Origin: Nitrospirota bacterium
Lineage (GTDB): Bacteria; Nitrospirota; Nitrospiria; Nitrospirales; UBA8639
Reading direction: 5' to 3'
DNA length: 64,000 bases
Assembly (NCBI GenBank): GCA_027623995.1
Contig: JAQBUF010000006.1
Location: forward strand, 2,895 to 66,894
Part shown: in pieces, positions 40,249 through 50,392 of the stretch
Numbering within the stretch: the first letter of the stretch is position 1
Layout: each line of letters opens with the position of its first letter
Notes under the pieces: model-generated
The model's database searches: none
The model's input: the letters and a program-made list of their open reading frames with translations, nothing else
What the model was told of the DNA's origin: nothing
Position numbers and translations under genes: made by a program

Positions 40249-43200
40249 TTACGTTTTTGCGCCAAATCTTTCCAGCGCCATGCGCTTCAGTGCCCGAAGA
40301 TCCAGCTTCCCTGTGCCCAGCACGGGGATTTGCTCGACTTTGATGAAGGCGTCTTTTCGGGGAATGAATAAATTTGGCAGGCCGGTTTCGGACAGTTTGG
40401 CTAACATGTCAGGGATTGTCGATTCATCCAAGGTATGGAGGACAACCAGTTGTTCACCCTTCTTTTCCTCGGGAATCGACGTGACGGCTAAGACTTGGGT
40501 TTCGGCATTGAGGGCTTGATGCAGAGCTTCTTCTACTTTTCCATGGGGCACCATTTCTCCACCTATTTTCGCAAAGCGTGAGAGTCGATCGGTAATGGTG
40601 ATGAAGCCGTCTTCATCCAGCATCGCAATGTCTCCGGTGATATACCATCCGTCATGAATGGCTTTCTGGGTGAGATCGTGGCGACCAAGATATCCATGCA
40701 TCACGTTCGGCCCTTTGACCAGCAACATGCCCGCAGTTCCAATGGGCAAAGGGTCAAACGAATCAGGATCAACAACTCGAACAGACACTCCTGGTAAGGG
40801 ACGCCCTACGGTTCCACGGCGAGAGGCCGGTTGATAAAATCCTGCGGCACGGAAATCTGGGCAATTCACGGCGATCACTGGAGCACATTCAGTGACGCCA
40901 TAGCCTTCTATTGGACGAATACCGAACTTCTCTTCAAAAGCTTGTGCGAGTCGATCGGACAATTTTTCCGCACCGGTCAAGATTATGCGAACCGATCCAA
41001 ACTGGGTTGGCGCACATCGACGCAAGTAGAGTTGCAAAAATGTCGGGGTGGCTATGAGAATGGTCACATGTTGTGTATCAATTAATTCTCCAATGGCTCC
41101 GGCATCAAGTGGCGAAGGATGATAGACCACACCCACACCATGATTCACCGCTAGCCAAATAGTCGCCAGATATCCAAAAGAATGAAAGAAGGGAAGAATG
41201 CCTAGCAGCCGATCGTTTTGACTTAAATGAAAGACCTGGGCGACACCTTCGACATTGGAGTCCACATTGAAATGAGTCAGCATCACGCCCTTGGGTTCAC
41301 CCGTACTGCCACTGCTGAAAATAATCGTGGCGAGGTCATCCACTTGCGGACGAATGGTCACACCCGCTGCTCGTTCGAGCACTGAGATTGGGGCAAAGAC
41401 CGCAAGCAACAACGCCGTGATTCGCTCTGGCGTACCAATGGTCTTTCTCACTTCATCGATCCAAATGATCTTGGTTCCCTCTGGAATTTCAAGACCTGCC
41501 TTCTCAATAAACAACCGGCTCGTGACAATGGTTTCCAACTGTGCTTGTTTCGCAGCAGACTCCATCCCGCTTTTGCCTGCGGTGTAATTCAAGTTGACGG
41601 TCGTTCGGCCAGCCAGGGTCGCGGCCAAATTCACCAACACTCCCCCGACGCTGGGTGGAAGTAAAATGCCCACCGTCTGTTGGTGAATCCAATGCGGACG
41701 AAAGGCACGGGCCAGGGCGATGGCACCGATTAAGGATTCGAGGCAATTCACTTTCGGCTTTGTCAGATCGGAAAACGCAAAGCGAAACGGGTGCCGTCGC
41801 ACAGCTCGAATAAAGGAATGATGCAATGGACGTCGATGGTCTTTTCGATAGGCCCAGGCCTGTTCGCCCAACTCTTGCACGACATTCCGCACTTCAGCAG
41901 CGGTGCTGGTCGATGGTAAGGGCGAGCCATAAGAAATCGTAACGGGATAGGGAATGCGCTCTGGCCGCTTGGTCAGAAATTTTCCACCAATAAAACTAAA
42001 GATGCTGCCCCACACTCGATCGAGATGAACGGGAATCACCGGCGTCTCACGGCCTTTAAGAATTCGTTCGAATCCTTGATGAAACGGAAGTAGATTACCG
42101 GTTCGTGTAATTTGACCTTCGGGAAAAATGCACACGAGTTCCCCATCGTCCAAATGCCGACCGGCTTCTCGCAGTGCAGATAAGATTTCTCGTGGGGTCC
42201 CGGTTGAAGAGATCGGAATGGCGCCCATGGTTCGAGCCAACCAATTGAGCCAAGGATGTTCATAATATTGTCGATCGACAATAAATCGGATAGGGCGATC
42301 CACACTCGCTAACAGAAGCAATCCATCCACAAATGAGACATGGTTCGGAACAAGCAACGCACCACCATGATCCGGCACATGATCACGCCCAATAATATGG
42401 AGACGATACAACGTATGCGTCACCAAAAATAACACCATGCGAATAAACACTTCCGGCATAATCCTCACGGCCCAAATGGTGAGTCCTGCAGTGGCCACTC
42501 CCGCCGCCAGAATAATACCACTAGCACTCAGCCCAAGAAATGCCAAAAACCCTGTGCCCAAGGACCCGGCCAACACCCCACCAAACACGAAAATATTATT
42601 GAACGCGATGACCGCACCACGTCGATCTTCCGGCGCACGCCATTGGATCAATGAATTGATCGGCACCACGATAAATCCGCTCGACAGCCCCAACCAGCCC
42701 ATCCCGATCAAGGTTCCCGCGATTCCAGGACTGAGAATGCCAATCACGAACAACCCTAAGGTCAAGCCAATCGCGCCTAGAGGGATATGCCCAACCTCAA
42801 CCTTTGAGTGAGACAGTTTCCCCGCCAAGACCGCTCCAATGCCGATGCCAATACCAAAGGTCGCCAACGGCAATCCTGCCAATGAATCTGTCAGCCCCAA
42901 CACAGCCTTGCTGTAGACCAGGATATCTTGTCCAACCAAACTCGCGACCATCCAATACCCGATATTTCCTAAGATGCCTAAACGTAAGACGTGATCGGCC
43001 TTGACCGCATCCCACGCTCCTTGAAGCGTATCTCGCACTCCACCTTCTGCCCGTGCACGAGGCACAGGTGGAATAGACAGCGAATACACAAACCCCACGA
43101 TGGAAAACACCAATAACACCGCGCCACCCAACCAGGGTGAAGCCCCGGACACTTGCAACAACATGCCGCCTAAAGCCGTCCCACCAATAATCGCGAGAAA

Positions 43201-43695
43201 CGTCCAGAGTTCCAGTTGCCCATTGCCTGCGGCTAATCGTTCATGCGGAAGTAACTCCGGCAAAATGCCATACTTGGCCGGACTAAACAGCGCACTTTGC
43301 ACAGCCATGGCTCCTAAGACAATTAAGGGCAACAACCCTCCATCGGGATTGAGATAAAGCGCCACGGTACCGAAGCCCATCAACACCACTTCGAGGGCTT
43401 TCATGACCACGATGACTGAGCGTTTACTCAATCGATCGGAAAAGACTCCAGCAAAAATCGACACCACCACCAGCGGGAGCGTGAAGACGACAAAGGTGAT
43501 CGTGGTTTGAGTTTGGGCCGCCGATTCATACGCCAACCCCGTACCCAGTTGCGCAGCTAATTGTTTGATGGCTAACAACGCCACCATCAACTTCCACGCA
43601 TTGTCATTAAACGCCCCAAAGAACTGGGCAATCAGAAGACCACGGAGGGGATTGGGTGAGGAACTTTCGGATGGAGGACTTACGCGAGTATTCAT
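40249..43695 (-). CDS. aas: Acyl-ACP:phospholipid acyltransferase/acyl-ACP synthetase with MFS (LplT) domain
   Basis: N-terminal MFS ('QFFGAFNDN'), PlsC ('PNHVSFVD', 'IFPEG'), AMP-binding ('IFSSGSTGEPKGV', 'EGYGVTE', 'TGDIA', 'GTGKLD'). Confidence 0.93.
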   Translation of the reverse strand: MNTRVSPPSESSSPNPLRGLLIAQFFGAFNDNAWKLMVALLAIKQLAAQLGTGLAYESAAQTQTTITFVVFTLPLVVVSIFAGVFSDRLSKRSVIVVMKALEVVLMGFGTVALYLNPDGGLLPLIVLGAMAVQSALFSPAKYGILPELLPHERLAAGNGQLELWTFLAIIGGTALGGMLLQVSGASPWLGGAVLLVFSIVGFVYSLSIPPVPRARAEGGVRDTLQGAWDAVKADHVLRLGILGNIGYWMVASLVGQDILVYSKAVLGLTDSLAGLPLATFGIGIGIGAVLAGKLSHSKVEVGHIPLGAIGLTLGLFVIGILSPGIAGTLIGMGWLGLSSGFIVVPINSLIQWRAPEDRRGAVIAFNNIFVFGGVLAGSLGTGFLAFLGLSASGIILAAGVATAGLTIWAVRIMPEVFIRMVLFLVTHTLYRLHIIGRDHVPDHGGALLVPNHVSFVDGLLLLASVDRPIRFIVDRQYYEHPWLNWLARTMGAIPISSTGTPREILSALREAGRHLDDGELVCIFPEGQITRTGNLLPFHQGFERILKGRETPVIPVHLDRVWGSIFSFIGGKFLTKRPERIPYPVTISYGSPLPSTSTAAEVRNVVQELGEQAWAYRKDHRRPLHHSFIRAVRRHPFRFAFSDLTKPKVNCLESLIGAIALARAFRPHWIHQQTVGILLPPSVGGVLVNLAATLAGRTTVNLNYTAGKSGMESAAKQAQLETIVTSRLFIEKAGLEIPEGTKIIWIDEVRKTIGTPERITALLLAVFAPISVLERAAGVTIRPQVDDLATIIFSSGSTGEPKGVMLTHFNVDSNVEGVAQVFHLSQNDRLLGILPFFHSFGYLATIWLAVNHGVGVVYHPSPLDAGAIGELIDTQHVTILIATPTFLQLYLRRCAPTQFGSVRIILTGAEKLSDRLAQAFEEKFGIRPIEGYGVTECAPVIAVNCPDFRAAGFYQPASRRGTVGRPLPGVSVRVVDPDSFDPLPIGTAGMLLVKGPNVMHGYLGRHDLTQKAIHDGWYITGDIAMLDEDGFITITDRLSRFAKIGGEMVPHGKVEEALHQALNAETQVLAVTSIPEEKKGEQLVVLHTLDESTIPDMLAKLSETGLPNLFIPRKDAFIKVEQIPVLGTGKLDLRALKRMALERFGAKT

Positions 43696-43766
43696 GATTG
43701 AAAAGTAGAGCTAAGGAATACGAACATGTTCGGATGGTATAGTTTGAAGCGATGGCTTCCCTGAAC

Positions 43767-44165
43767 TCATGGCCGGGCTTCCGGAGGAAGGCACGCAAGG
43801 AGTGTACCCGTGATTTCCTTTACTGCCTGCCAGGTCGATTGGACCTCGTCTTGTTCGGGATACATCGCATCATCATACCGCATATCCACAGCATAGGAGG
43901 CCATACCGAGAAGGTCTTCTTTGTAACGATTGAGATCGGGAACTTCCGTGAGGGAAAGGTCCAGCAGAAGCATTAAGTCATGTGTCTTGGGATAATCAAT
44001 ATTTTTTGAAGCCAATAAGGCCTTAAGCAGTTTCTCTACTGTTTGCTGAAGGTGGAAGGAAATCGTATCGAGCGGCGCATCATGCTCGATTCCAATTTCA
44101 GCCATCTCTAGATCATGCTTAGCCTTAGTGGCTAAGGCTTTAGCAAGATCAAGATGACTTTTCAT
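43767..44165 (-). CDS. HEPN-domain protein (toxin-like)
   Basis: 'KAKHDL..A', 'FHLQQTVEKLLKALL', 'PKTHDL..LL', 'YAVDMRY'; overlaps the MNT gene. Confidence 0.88.
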   Translation of the reverse strand: MKSHLDLAKALATKAKHDLEMAEIGIEHDAPLDTISFHLQQTVEKLLKALLASKNIDYPKTHDLMLLLDLSLTEVPDLNRYKEDLLGMASYAVDMRYDDAMYPEQDEVQSTWQAVKEITGTLLACLPPEARP

Positions 44166-44481
44166 ACAATACCTTCCCCTCCCGAATGGCGCGGGTCGTG
44201 ACGTAATTCCTGACCTCTCTCCACTCCTCGACTTCATCGGGAGTTCGCCACAAAATATCCTTTGGTACACAAAGCCCCGCTAACGCGCGATACGCTGCGA
44301 CGACTCGACGATGGGGTGGATCTGAGGAAGGTTTGATCACGAGTAAATCGACATCACTGTCTGAGTGCATATCTCCTCGGGCACGACTCCCAAATAAAAT
44401 GATTCGATCAGGATCAATCGCATCAACTAACCGCTGCACCATATCTTCAAGCACCGACTGGGTAACAACTTTTATGGCCAT
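44149..44481 (-). CDS. Minimal nucleotidyltransferase (MNT antitoxin-like)
   Basis: 'RIILFGSRARGD...DSDVDLLVI'. Confidence 0.9.
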   Translation of the reverse strand: MAIKVVTQSVLEDMVQRLVDAIDPDRIILFGSRARGDMHSDSDVDLLVIKPSSDPPHRRVVAAYRALAGLCVPKDILWRTPDEVEEWREVRNYVTTRAIREGKVLYEKSS

Positions 44482-44612
44482 GAGTCTATTGGCCTTTTCC
44501 AATATGAAAGGAATGAAGCAACCTGTCAGGATTGTCGGACATTTCGACAGACTATCATACTAGCTTCTCGATTCCCATCTTCCCCATTCAATGATCCGAA
44601 AAATAGAAATTT

Positions 44613-45764
44613 TCAGTCTGAAAGGTAGAGGCTCCCATGATTCAACAGTGCTAAGATGAGGGAAAGATCGTCGCCGGATTCGGCGGATTGATCAGAACCA
44701 ATCTCTCTTTGAGCGCATAAAGTTTCGACCAAGTCCGCTTGGCTATGCGAACGACGAAAGCAACGACCATCCACGAACAACCAGATCTCTGCTCCCTGGT
44801 GCTGGAATGCAAAACGAGAGCCTTCGTTTCGAATAAGCACTCCACCACCTGAAAGGTGTGCTCGTAGATGATCGAGACTATACGTTTCCTGGGTTGGTTC
44901 TTCTTCACGATATTTAGGAATCGTGACCGAACGTCCAAACCACTCCGCAACCTTTTCTTTATCTTCCACGTATTGTCGTAAGATGTGGTGGGCGTTTTCC
45001 AATGCCTCGCGAGTAATCTGCCCGTGATGGGCTTGAGGGACAAGGTCGGGATCGGCATAGCGAATTTCTTCACTCAGGTCATTCGCAATAAAGTGAGAAT
45101 ATTCCCGCAACATGTCCCCATGAGACGGTGCGCGAAAGCCGACGGAACACGTCATGCAATCCTTGCCAACGGCAATCCCACTATGCCCAATGCGCGGAGG
45201 CACATACAGTAGATCTCCAGGCTCAAGAATCCAACGTTCTTCTGGCTCCCAATCGGTTAAGATCATTACCGGTGTATCAGGCCGACGTGGTGACTGGTCA
45301 TCAAACAACCCACCCACTTCCCATTGGCGTCGCCCACTTACCTGCACTAAGAACACATCATAATTATCAAAGTGTGGCCCGACTCCACCGCCATCACCAG
45401 CCAAGCTGATCATCAAATCATCAATGCGCCAGCTCGGGATAAAATTAAACTGATCAAGAAACTTCGCCGCCTCCGGCACCCAAAAATCCACCGCCTGTAC
45501 CAACAACGTCCAATGCGTCTCTGGTAACGCACCAAACGTCTCCTCAGTAAACGGCCCATGCGTAAGATCCCACTTCTCACTACTCCCATCATGCATAATC
45601 AGACGAGACTCGACATTCTCCTCACAAGCCAACCCCGCCAACTCATCCGCCGCAATAGGCGGCACACACCCTGGCAACGCATTGCGAATCAGCAACGGCT
45701 TCTTCTGCCAATACTCCGCCAAAAACTTTTCGACTGTCAGAGCACCGAGAGGTAGTGAATTCAT
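44613..45764 (-). CDS. roxA: JmjC/cupin-4 2OG oxygenase, YcfD/RoxA-like
   Basis: 'FLAEYWQKKPLLIR', 'WRIDDLMIS.A..GGGVGPHFDNYDVFL.Q..GRRQW', 'GDLLYVPP..GH.G', 'SVGFRAP'. Confidence 0.85.
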   Translation of the reverse strand: MNSLPLGALTVEKFLAEYWQKKPLLIRNALPGCVPPIAADELAGLACEENVESRLIMHDGSSEKWDLTHGPFTEETFGALPETHWTLLVQAVDFWVPEAAKFLDQFNFIPSWRIDDLMISLAGDGGGVGPHFDNYDVFLVQVSGRRQWEVGGLFDDQSPRRPDTPVMILTDWEPEERWILEPGDLLYVPPRIGHSGIAVGKDCMTCSVGFRAPSHGDMLREYSHFIANDLSEEIRYADPDLVPQAHHGQITREALENAHHILRQYVEDKEKVAEWFGRSVTIPKYREEEPTQETYSLDHLRAHLSGGGVLIRNEGSRFAFQHQGAEIWLFVDGRCFRRSHSQADLVETLCAQREIGSDQSAESGDDLSLILALLNHGSLYLSD

Positions 45765-45816
45765 AGATAATTTTTCATGGGAATCAATTCTGTGAAAAAT
45801 AGTTATGGGGCTAAAA

Positions 45817-45978
45817 GGAAATGTTCAAAAAGATTCGTCCAGCAAGGCCGCAGGCAGCAAAAAGACCGAGGCGTACGGATGAGTACGTGGAGGGCTTTGA
45901 GCACGAACGGCGCAAAGAGCGACAAGTTTGTGAGCCCGAAGGCCAAGAACGCCGCTGGCGAACTTTTTCAACATTTCC
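45817..45978. repeat. Nitrospira-type MITE-like repeat, diverged copy C
   Basis: GGAAATGTTCAAAAAG...CTTTTTCAACATTTCC. The TIR supplies the TGA stop of the adjacent GNAT gene. Confidence 0.8.
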
Positions 45979-46429
45979 TTACCATCTCAACATGAGGAAC
46001 CCCATCCTCCAAATACACATCCGACACCCGTACAAACCCATATTGCTCATAAAACTTCTGAAGATAGTCTTGTGCTGAAATTCTAATCGACTGTTCCGAC
46101 CAACAGCTTTGGATTTCATTCAGCGCAACGCGCAATAATTGATGACCAATCCCTTGCCGACGCGCCTCTTTCTTCACCACAAACCGACCTACACTTGCTT
46201 CAGAAAATCGAAGGCCAGGAGGACAAATCCTTGCATACGCCATCAATTGCCCAGCCTCATCGTGCCCGGAAAGATGCTTGGTCTCAATATGTCGATCATA
46301 CTCATCCAATTCAGGGTAGGCACATTGTTGTTCAACCACAAACACACTGACTCGTAACTGGAGAAAATCAAAGAGTTGATCGAGGGCCAATTGTTGAAAT
46401 GTAGACACTTGCCATTGCACCTGGAACAT
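45968..46429 (-). CDS. elaA: ElaA-like GNAT acetyltransferase
   Basis: 'LQLRVSVFVVEQQCAYPELD..D', 'AYARI', 'SVGRFVV...AR.QGIG', 'ISAQ.YLQKFY..YGF', 'YLEDG.PHVEM'. Confidence 0.88.
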   Translation of the reverse strand: MFQVQWQVSTFQQLALDQLFDFLQLRVSVFVVEQQCAYPELDEYDRHIETKHLSGHDEAGQLMAYARICPPGLRFSEASVGRFVVKKEARRQGIGHQLLRVALNEIQSCWSEQSIRISAQDYLQKFYEQYGFVRVSDVYLEDGVPHVEMVRKC

Positions 46430-47222
46430 AGGAACGGATCTTAAATTGAAGAATCCCTGGAAGCAACTGGAGAACAGGGTGCGAGCTAGAACACCACTTC
46501 TTGCCCAAAAGAAAACGGCTTCATTCCACTCTACACCTTAGGACCGTCACTCATCCAGGCAAGGTAAAATAAATATGCCTCCAGGATACCCACAGCTCTC
46601 ACGGAAAATTTGCACCTCGTTACTTCACCATGCCCATACTCATCAACCGGCCGCAAATGAAAGAGAGAATCGGGCATCAACAATGGCTGAGTTTCCATGA
46701 AAAACCATTTTCCAAAAAGAGAAGGGAATGGGCAGTCTGGTCCTTCGTCAAAAACACATGACAAAGTGATCTTTTTGGTCGCCATATGGGCACACACTTG
46801 TAGGCACCCATGATTGCAAAAATGAGCTGGATTAGTACCATATTCCTCCTCCGCCCTCTTCCAAAACTGTCCTAGAAATGGGCAAACCAAGTGCCGGAAC
46901 TTTCCTCTTGCAAAATTCATTGGTTTATATTAATTTCCGGCCCGCAAAATTGGAGCGTGGCCCTAAACTTGGTTCCGTAGCATTGGCCATCAGGCCTAAA
47001 AAGATCATCAGGACAAGACAAGGTGGGACAATATTTCATTAGCTCTATGTTCTTCCAATATCGTCGATGTCATGATGGCGTATGATATTCGTTAAAATAG
47101 TCACGGTTCGCTCGTGGCCTAGATTCAAACCGGATGGATCTAAGATGGTAACCATCCAAGAGGAACTAGAATGACTACACCTCAGGGTCGTTAATTCAGA
47201 ACGCCCAATAACACAAAAGGCC

Positions 47223-47627
47223 ATGCTGCTCGTTCGTACGGTCATATTTCCCAGCCCCATTCACGGAATCGGGCTCTTTGCTGAAGAGTTCATTCCCGCG
47301 CACACCGTAATTTGGCAATTCGACCCAAAATTCGACGTCGCGTACACCAAACAAGAATTCAATACCTTGTCGCCAGCCGCCCAACTCCACATCAGAAAAT
47401 ATTCCTACTTTTCGGCAGAAATGAATCTTTGGATCTTATGCGGGGATGACGCTCGATTCATGAATCACGCCGATGCCCCGAACACCTTTGAAGAACCCGG
47501 GATTCGAACCATCGCCTTATACGACATTGATCCCGGCCAAGAGCTTCTTTGCGACTACCAGCAGTTTGATGTGCGGTCCTTCGATGAAAACGATTTCACC
47601 CCAGAAAAAAAACTGGCCGCCAGTTAG
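47223..47627 (+). CDS. SET-domain protein-lysine methyltransferase family protein
   Basis: 'SPIHGIGLFA...I', 'ARFMNHAD.PN', 'DI..GQELLCDY'. Confidence 0.88.
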   Translation: MLLVRTVIFPSPIHGIGLFAEEFIPAHTVIWQFDPKFDVAYTKQEFNTLSPAAQLHIRKYSYFSAEMNLWILCGDDARFMNHADAPNTFEEPGIRTIALYDIDPGQELLCDYQQFDVRSFDENDFTPEKKLAAS

Positions 47628-47897
47628 GACTGGAGACCTGAAAATTCCCAATCACCTGGTCGTACCGGGCTCTTGTGTGATCCCCGTAACAGTGTTAGAT
47701 TGATATTCAATCGTGTAAGCGCTCCTGAGAATGAGGGGGAATAACAGCCCTAGTAGATTTGGAGTCTGGCGCGATATTTTTTTATCCGCACGCTACAGTC
47801 CTGCATTTGTCGAGCACTCCCAAACAGCGTCATTGCTTATGGCTTGCCGGAACATTGCGACATCGTCGTGAGGATTTTCCTATAACTTCAGTGAGGT

Positions 47898-48911
47898 ATG
47901 TTCTTGTTTCAACAATCGTGGTTCACCATTCGCACATTCTTTCGCCAAGCTGGAGGAAGTTTGTATCATATCGTCATCGTCGCCCTGAGCGCAGGCATCG
48001 CGCTCTTGCTCCCATTAGGTGCCAAACAGTTTCTCTCGTTCTGGTCAATCGTGGAACATGATAAGTTCTCCATTATCTGCATGGAAATGACCGTGGCCAT
48101 TCTGCTGATCGCCGTGCTCAACTACATCCATCGCAGCATCCGCGACCGTGGCCTGGCCGCCGTGGCCACTGGAGCCGGGCTTGTCTCGTTCTTTCCTAAA
48201 CGCACACCAGGCGCACAACGACACATTAAACAACTGAAAGAAGAACAAGGGACCGGACGCACCATCAAAGTCATCGGATCCAGTGGCCACAGCACATTCG
48301 TGGACCAAGTGGGCGATCTCTCCTCCGTTCTCGACAAATGCTTAGGCGCGAAAATCCTCTTGGTGAACCCTAATGGCCAGGAAGCCAGCGCGCGCATCCA
48401 AGCCATTGGACATCCCGAGTACACATTGACCGCGTTCCGGGAAGAAGTTCAGCAAAGCATTGCCCTACTCAAGCGGCTTAAAGCCATGGGCAAGAGTGTC
48501 AAACTCAAACTGTATGCAGATTCACCTCTCGTTAAAATGGTCATCCTGGGTGATTATGTCTGGCTCCAGCATTATCATGCAGATCTCGACATCCAAGACA
48601 TGCCGGAGTATGTCTTGCGGCATAACCGCAAGGACCATGGGCTCTACACCCTCTACTCCCACTACTTCGCACAACGATGGGAAAGCCCAGATATTCCTGA
48701 GTATGATTTGGAAACGGACGAATTGGTCTACCGAAGTAGAAGTGGAAAGGAAATCCGTCGGGAACGGTTTGAAAGCGCACCGACGCATCCAATTGCGGAA
48801 GTTTCAGAGAGGGTGGTTCACCTGAACCCTGAACCGGGCCAACTCGCCGCTCCGATTTCACTGATGACGTCACTCTGTAAAATCAGCGAAGGGGTTGAGA
48901 CGCAGGGATGA
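47898..48911 (+). CDS. Hypothetical membrane protein (2 TM) with a soluble DUF5919-like domain
   Basis: Two TM helices, then 'IKVIGSSG', 'ILLVNP', 'KLKLY...P.VKMVILGD'. Confidence 0.6.
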   Translation: MFLFQQSWFTIRTFFRQAGGSLYHIVIVALSAGIALLLPLGAKQFLSFWSIVEHDKFSIICMEMTVAILLIAVLNYIHRSIRDRGLAAVATGAGLVSFFPKRTPGAQRHIKQLKEEQGTGRTIKVIGSSGHSTFVDQVGDLSSVLDKCLGAKILLVNPNGQEASARIQAIGHPEYTLTAFREEVQQSIALLKRLKAMGKSVKLKLYADSPLVKMVILGDYVWLQHYHADLDIQDMPEYVLRHNRKDHGLYTLYSHYFAQRWESPDIPEYDLETDELVYRSRSGKEIRRERFESAPTHPIAEVSERVVHLNPEPGQLAAPISLMTSLCKISEGVETQG

Positions 48912-49077
48912 ACGCTGAGCGCCACATTGCGGGAAGGTAAACACCACACGCGTGGATGAGACGGAAAATATTCCTGACATGCCCCTCACCATATAACCCG
49001 CATGGGATATACTTGGTACAGTAAGTTTCGAAATTTTCTTCTGATCTTCCCCAAACATAAATTGGAACACTTTAGAT

Positions 49078-49109
49078 ATGGTGGGCTTCACCTAGGCGAA
49101 GCCCACCAT
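49078..49109. terminator. Hairpin terminator
   Basis: ATGGTGGGCTTC-ACCTAGGC-GAAGCCCACCAT just downstream of the Lys-rich smORF. Confidence 0.6.
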
Positions 49110-49140
49110 GTTCGTAGAGGAGAGCCCCGTCGCTATTGCT

Positions 49141-49224
49141 TTACTTCTTCGTTTTTTTTGCCTGCGCACTTTCTTTCTGCTTTTTACTTTTGTCTTTATC
49201 CTTTTTGCCGCCTTTGTCGCCCAT
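49141..49224 (-). CDS. 27-aa Lys-rich small protein (not in the ORF track)
   Basis: AAGGAGG RBS; MGDKGGKKDKDKSKKQKESAQAKKTKK*; downstream hairpin. Confidence 0.75.
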   Translation of the reverse strand: MGDKGGKKDKDKSKKQKESAQAKKTKK

Positions 49225-49486
49225 GGTATTCCTCCTTTCTCAGTGAGATTAGCTCATCAAACAATAAAGATTTCTCAACACTAGATCGATTCCGTGAACG
49301 CCCATTGCCCTTGCGTGCAAGAGCAACGGTTCAACTTACCATAAACCAAAAATAATATCGTCACTCATGATAAGGTTTTTTCTTTCATTCCGGCATTCAG
49401 GAAATGGAATAGATGTTCTGACTTCCTTGACACTCTTCGAGTAGCAAGTTACCGTTTTCAAGAATTTTCAAGAGAGGGAACGACTC

Positions 49487-50260
49487 ATGATAATTGCAGA
49501 AACCGAGACCGTTGAGCTATCCACGGCGACTGGCCCAATGCGTAGCTATATTTTTCGACCAGTGGCTGGGGGACGGTATCCCGGGCTCGTGTTGTATTCT
49601 GAGATCTATCAGGTGACTGGACCAATTCGGCGGATCGCGGCGTTCTTGGCTGGTCATGGGTTTGTGGTACTTGTCCCGGAGGTCTACCACGAACTGGAGC
49701 CACCAGGCACAGTTCTGAACTATGATAAACCCGATACCGAGCGTGGCAATCAGCACAAAATCACGAAGCCGCTCTCAAGCTACGACAGTGACGCACGCGC
49801 GGCGTTGGACTTCCTCCACTCGTTTCCACACTGCACGGGAAAACTTGGGGTCATGGGAATTTGCCTTGGCGGGCATTTAGCCTTTCGCGCGGCCATGAAT
49901 AAGGATGTGTTGGCCGGAGTGTGTTTTTACGCCACGGATATCCACACCCATAATTTAGGCAAAGGCCAGCAGGACGATTCCCTGGACCGAGTTGCAGAAA
50001 TTAAGGGAGAACTGCTCATGGGCTGGGGACGACAAGACCCGCATATTCCCCGTGAAGGCCGAGCAGAAATCTACAACGCCCTATCCGACTACGGTGTAAA
50101 CTTCCAATGGCATGAGTTCAATACTGCGCATGCGTTTCTGCGAGATGAAGGCCATCGGTATGACCCCGCAGCAACCCAGATTAGTTATGGCATGATCTTA
50201 GAGCTGCTTAAGCGGAAACTGAGCGAGGGAGACGTCCAGAACAGTTTGTCTTCGGGGTAA
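49487..50260 (+). CDS. Dienelactone hydrolase family protein
   Basis: 'LYSEIYQVTGPIRR.A..LAGHGF', nucleophile elbow 'GICLGG', 'WGRQDPHIP', 'HAFLRDEG.RYD'. Confidence 0.9.
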   Translation: MIIAETETVELSTATGPMRSYIFRPVAGGRYPGLVLYSEIYQVTGPIRRIAAFLAGHGFVVLVPEVYHELEPPGTVLNYDKPDTERGNQHKITKPLSSYDSDARAALDFLHSFPHCTGKLGVMGICLGGHLAFRAAMNKDVLAGVCFYATDIHTHNLGKGQQDDSLDRVAEIKGELLMGWGRQDPHIPREGRAEIYNALSDYGVNFQWHEFNTAHAFLRDEGHRYDPAATQISYGMILELLKRKLSEGDVQNSLSSG

Positions 50261-50392
50261 TAGAAATTGGGGTTAGGGAATAGATGAAGACTCGTTGGTG
50301 CGCTTGACTCTCCACAAAAGATTTGCCCCCTTACCTTTACCGAATAATGTGGGTATTAGGAACGATGGTGAGATATGTTGAGAGAAGACCCT

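Noticed and set aside
43690-43730. Weak resemblance (LALLFNH vs LALLNH) to the roxA 3' end downstream of the MNT-HEPN pair
   Set aside because: Too short, needs a gap and overlaps the aas start codon; cannot be called a gene-end duplication.
46531-46920. 129-aa minus-strand ORF (and an alternative 54-aa frame with an RBS)
   Set aside because: No recognisable motifs, atypical composition and competing frames; not supportable as a gene.
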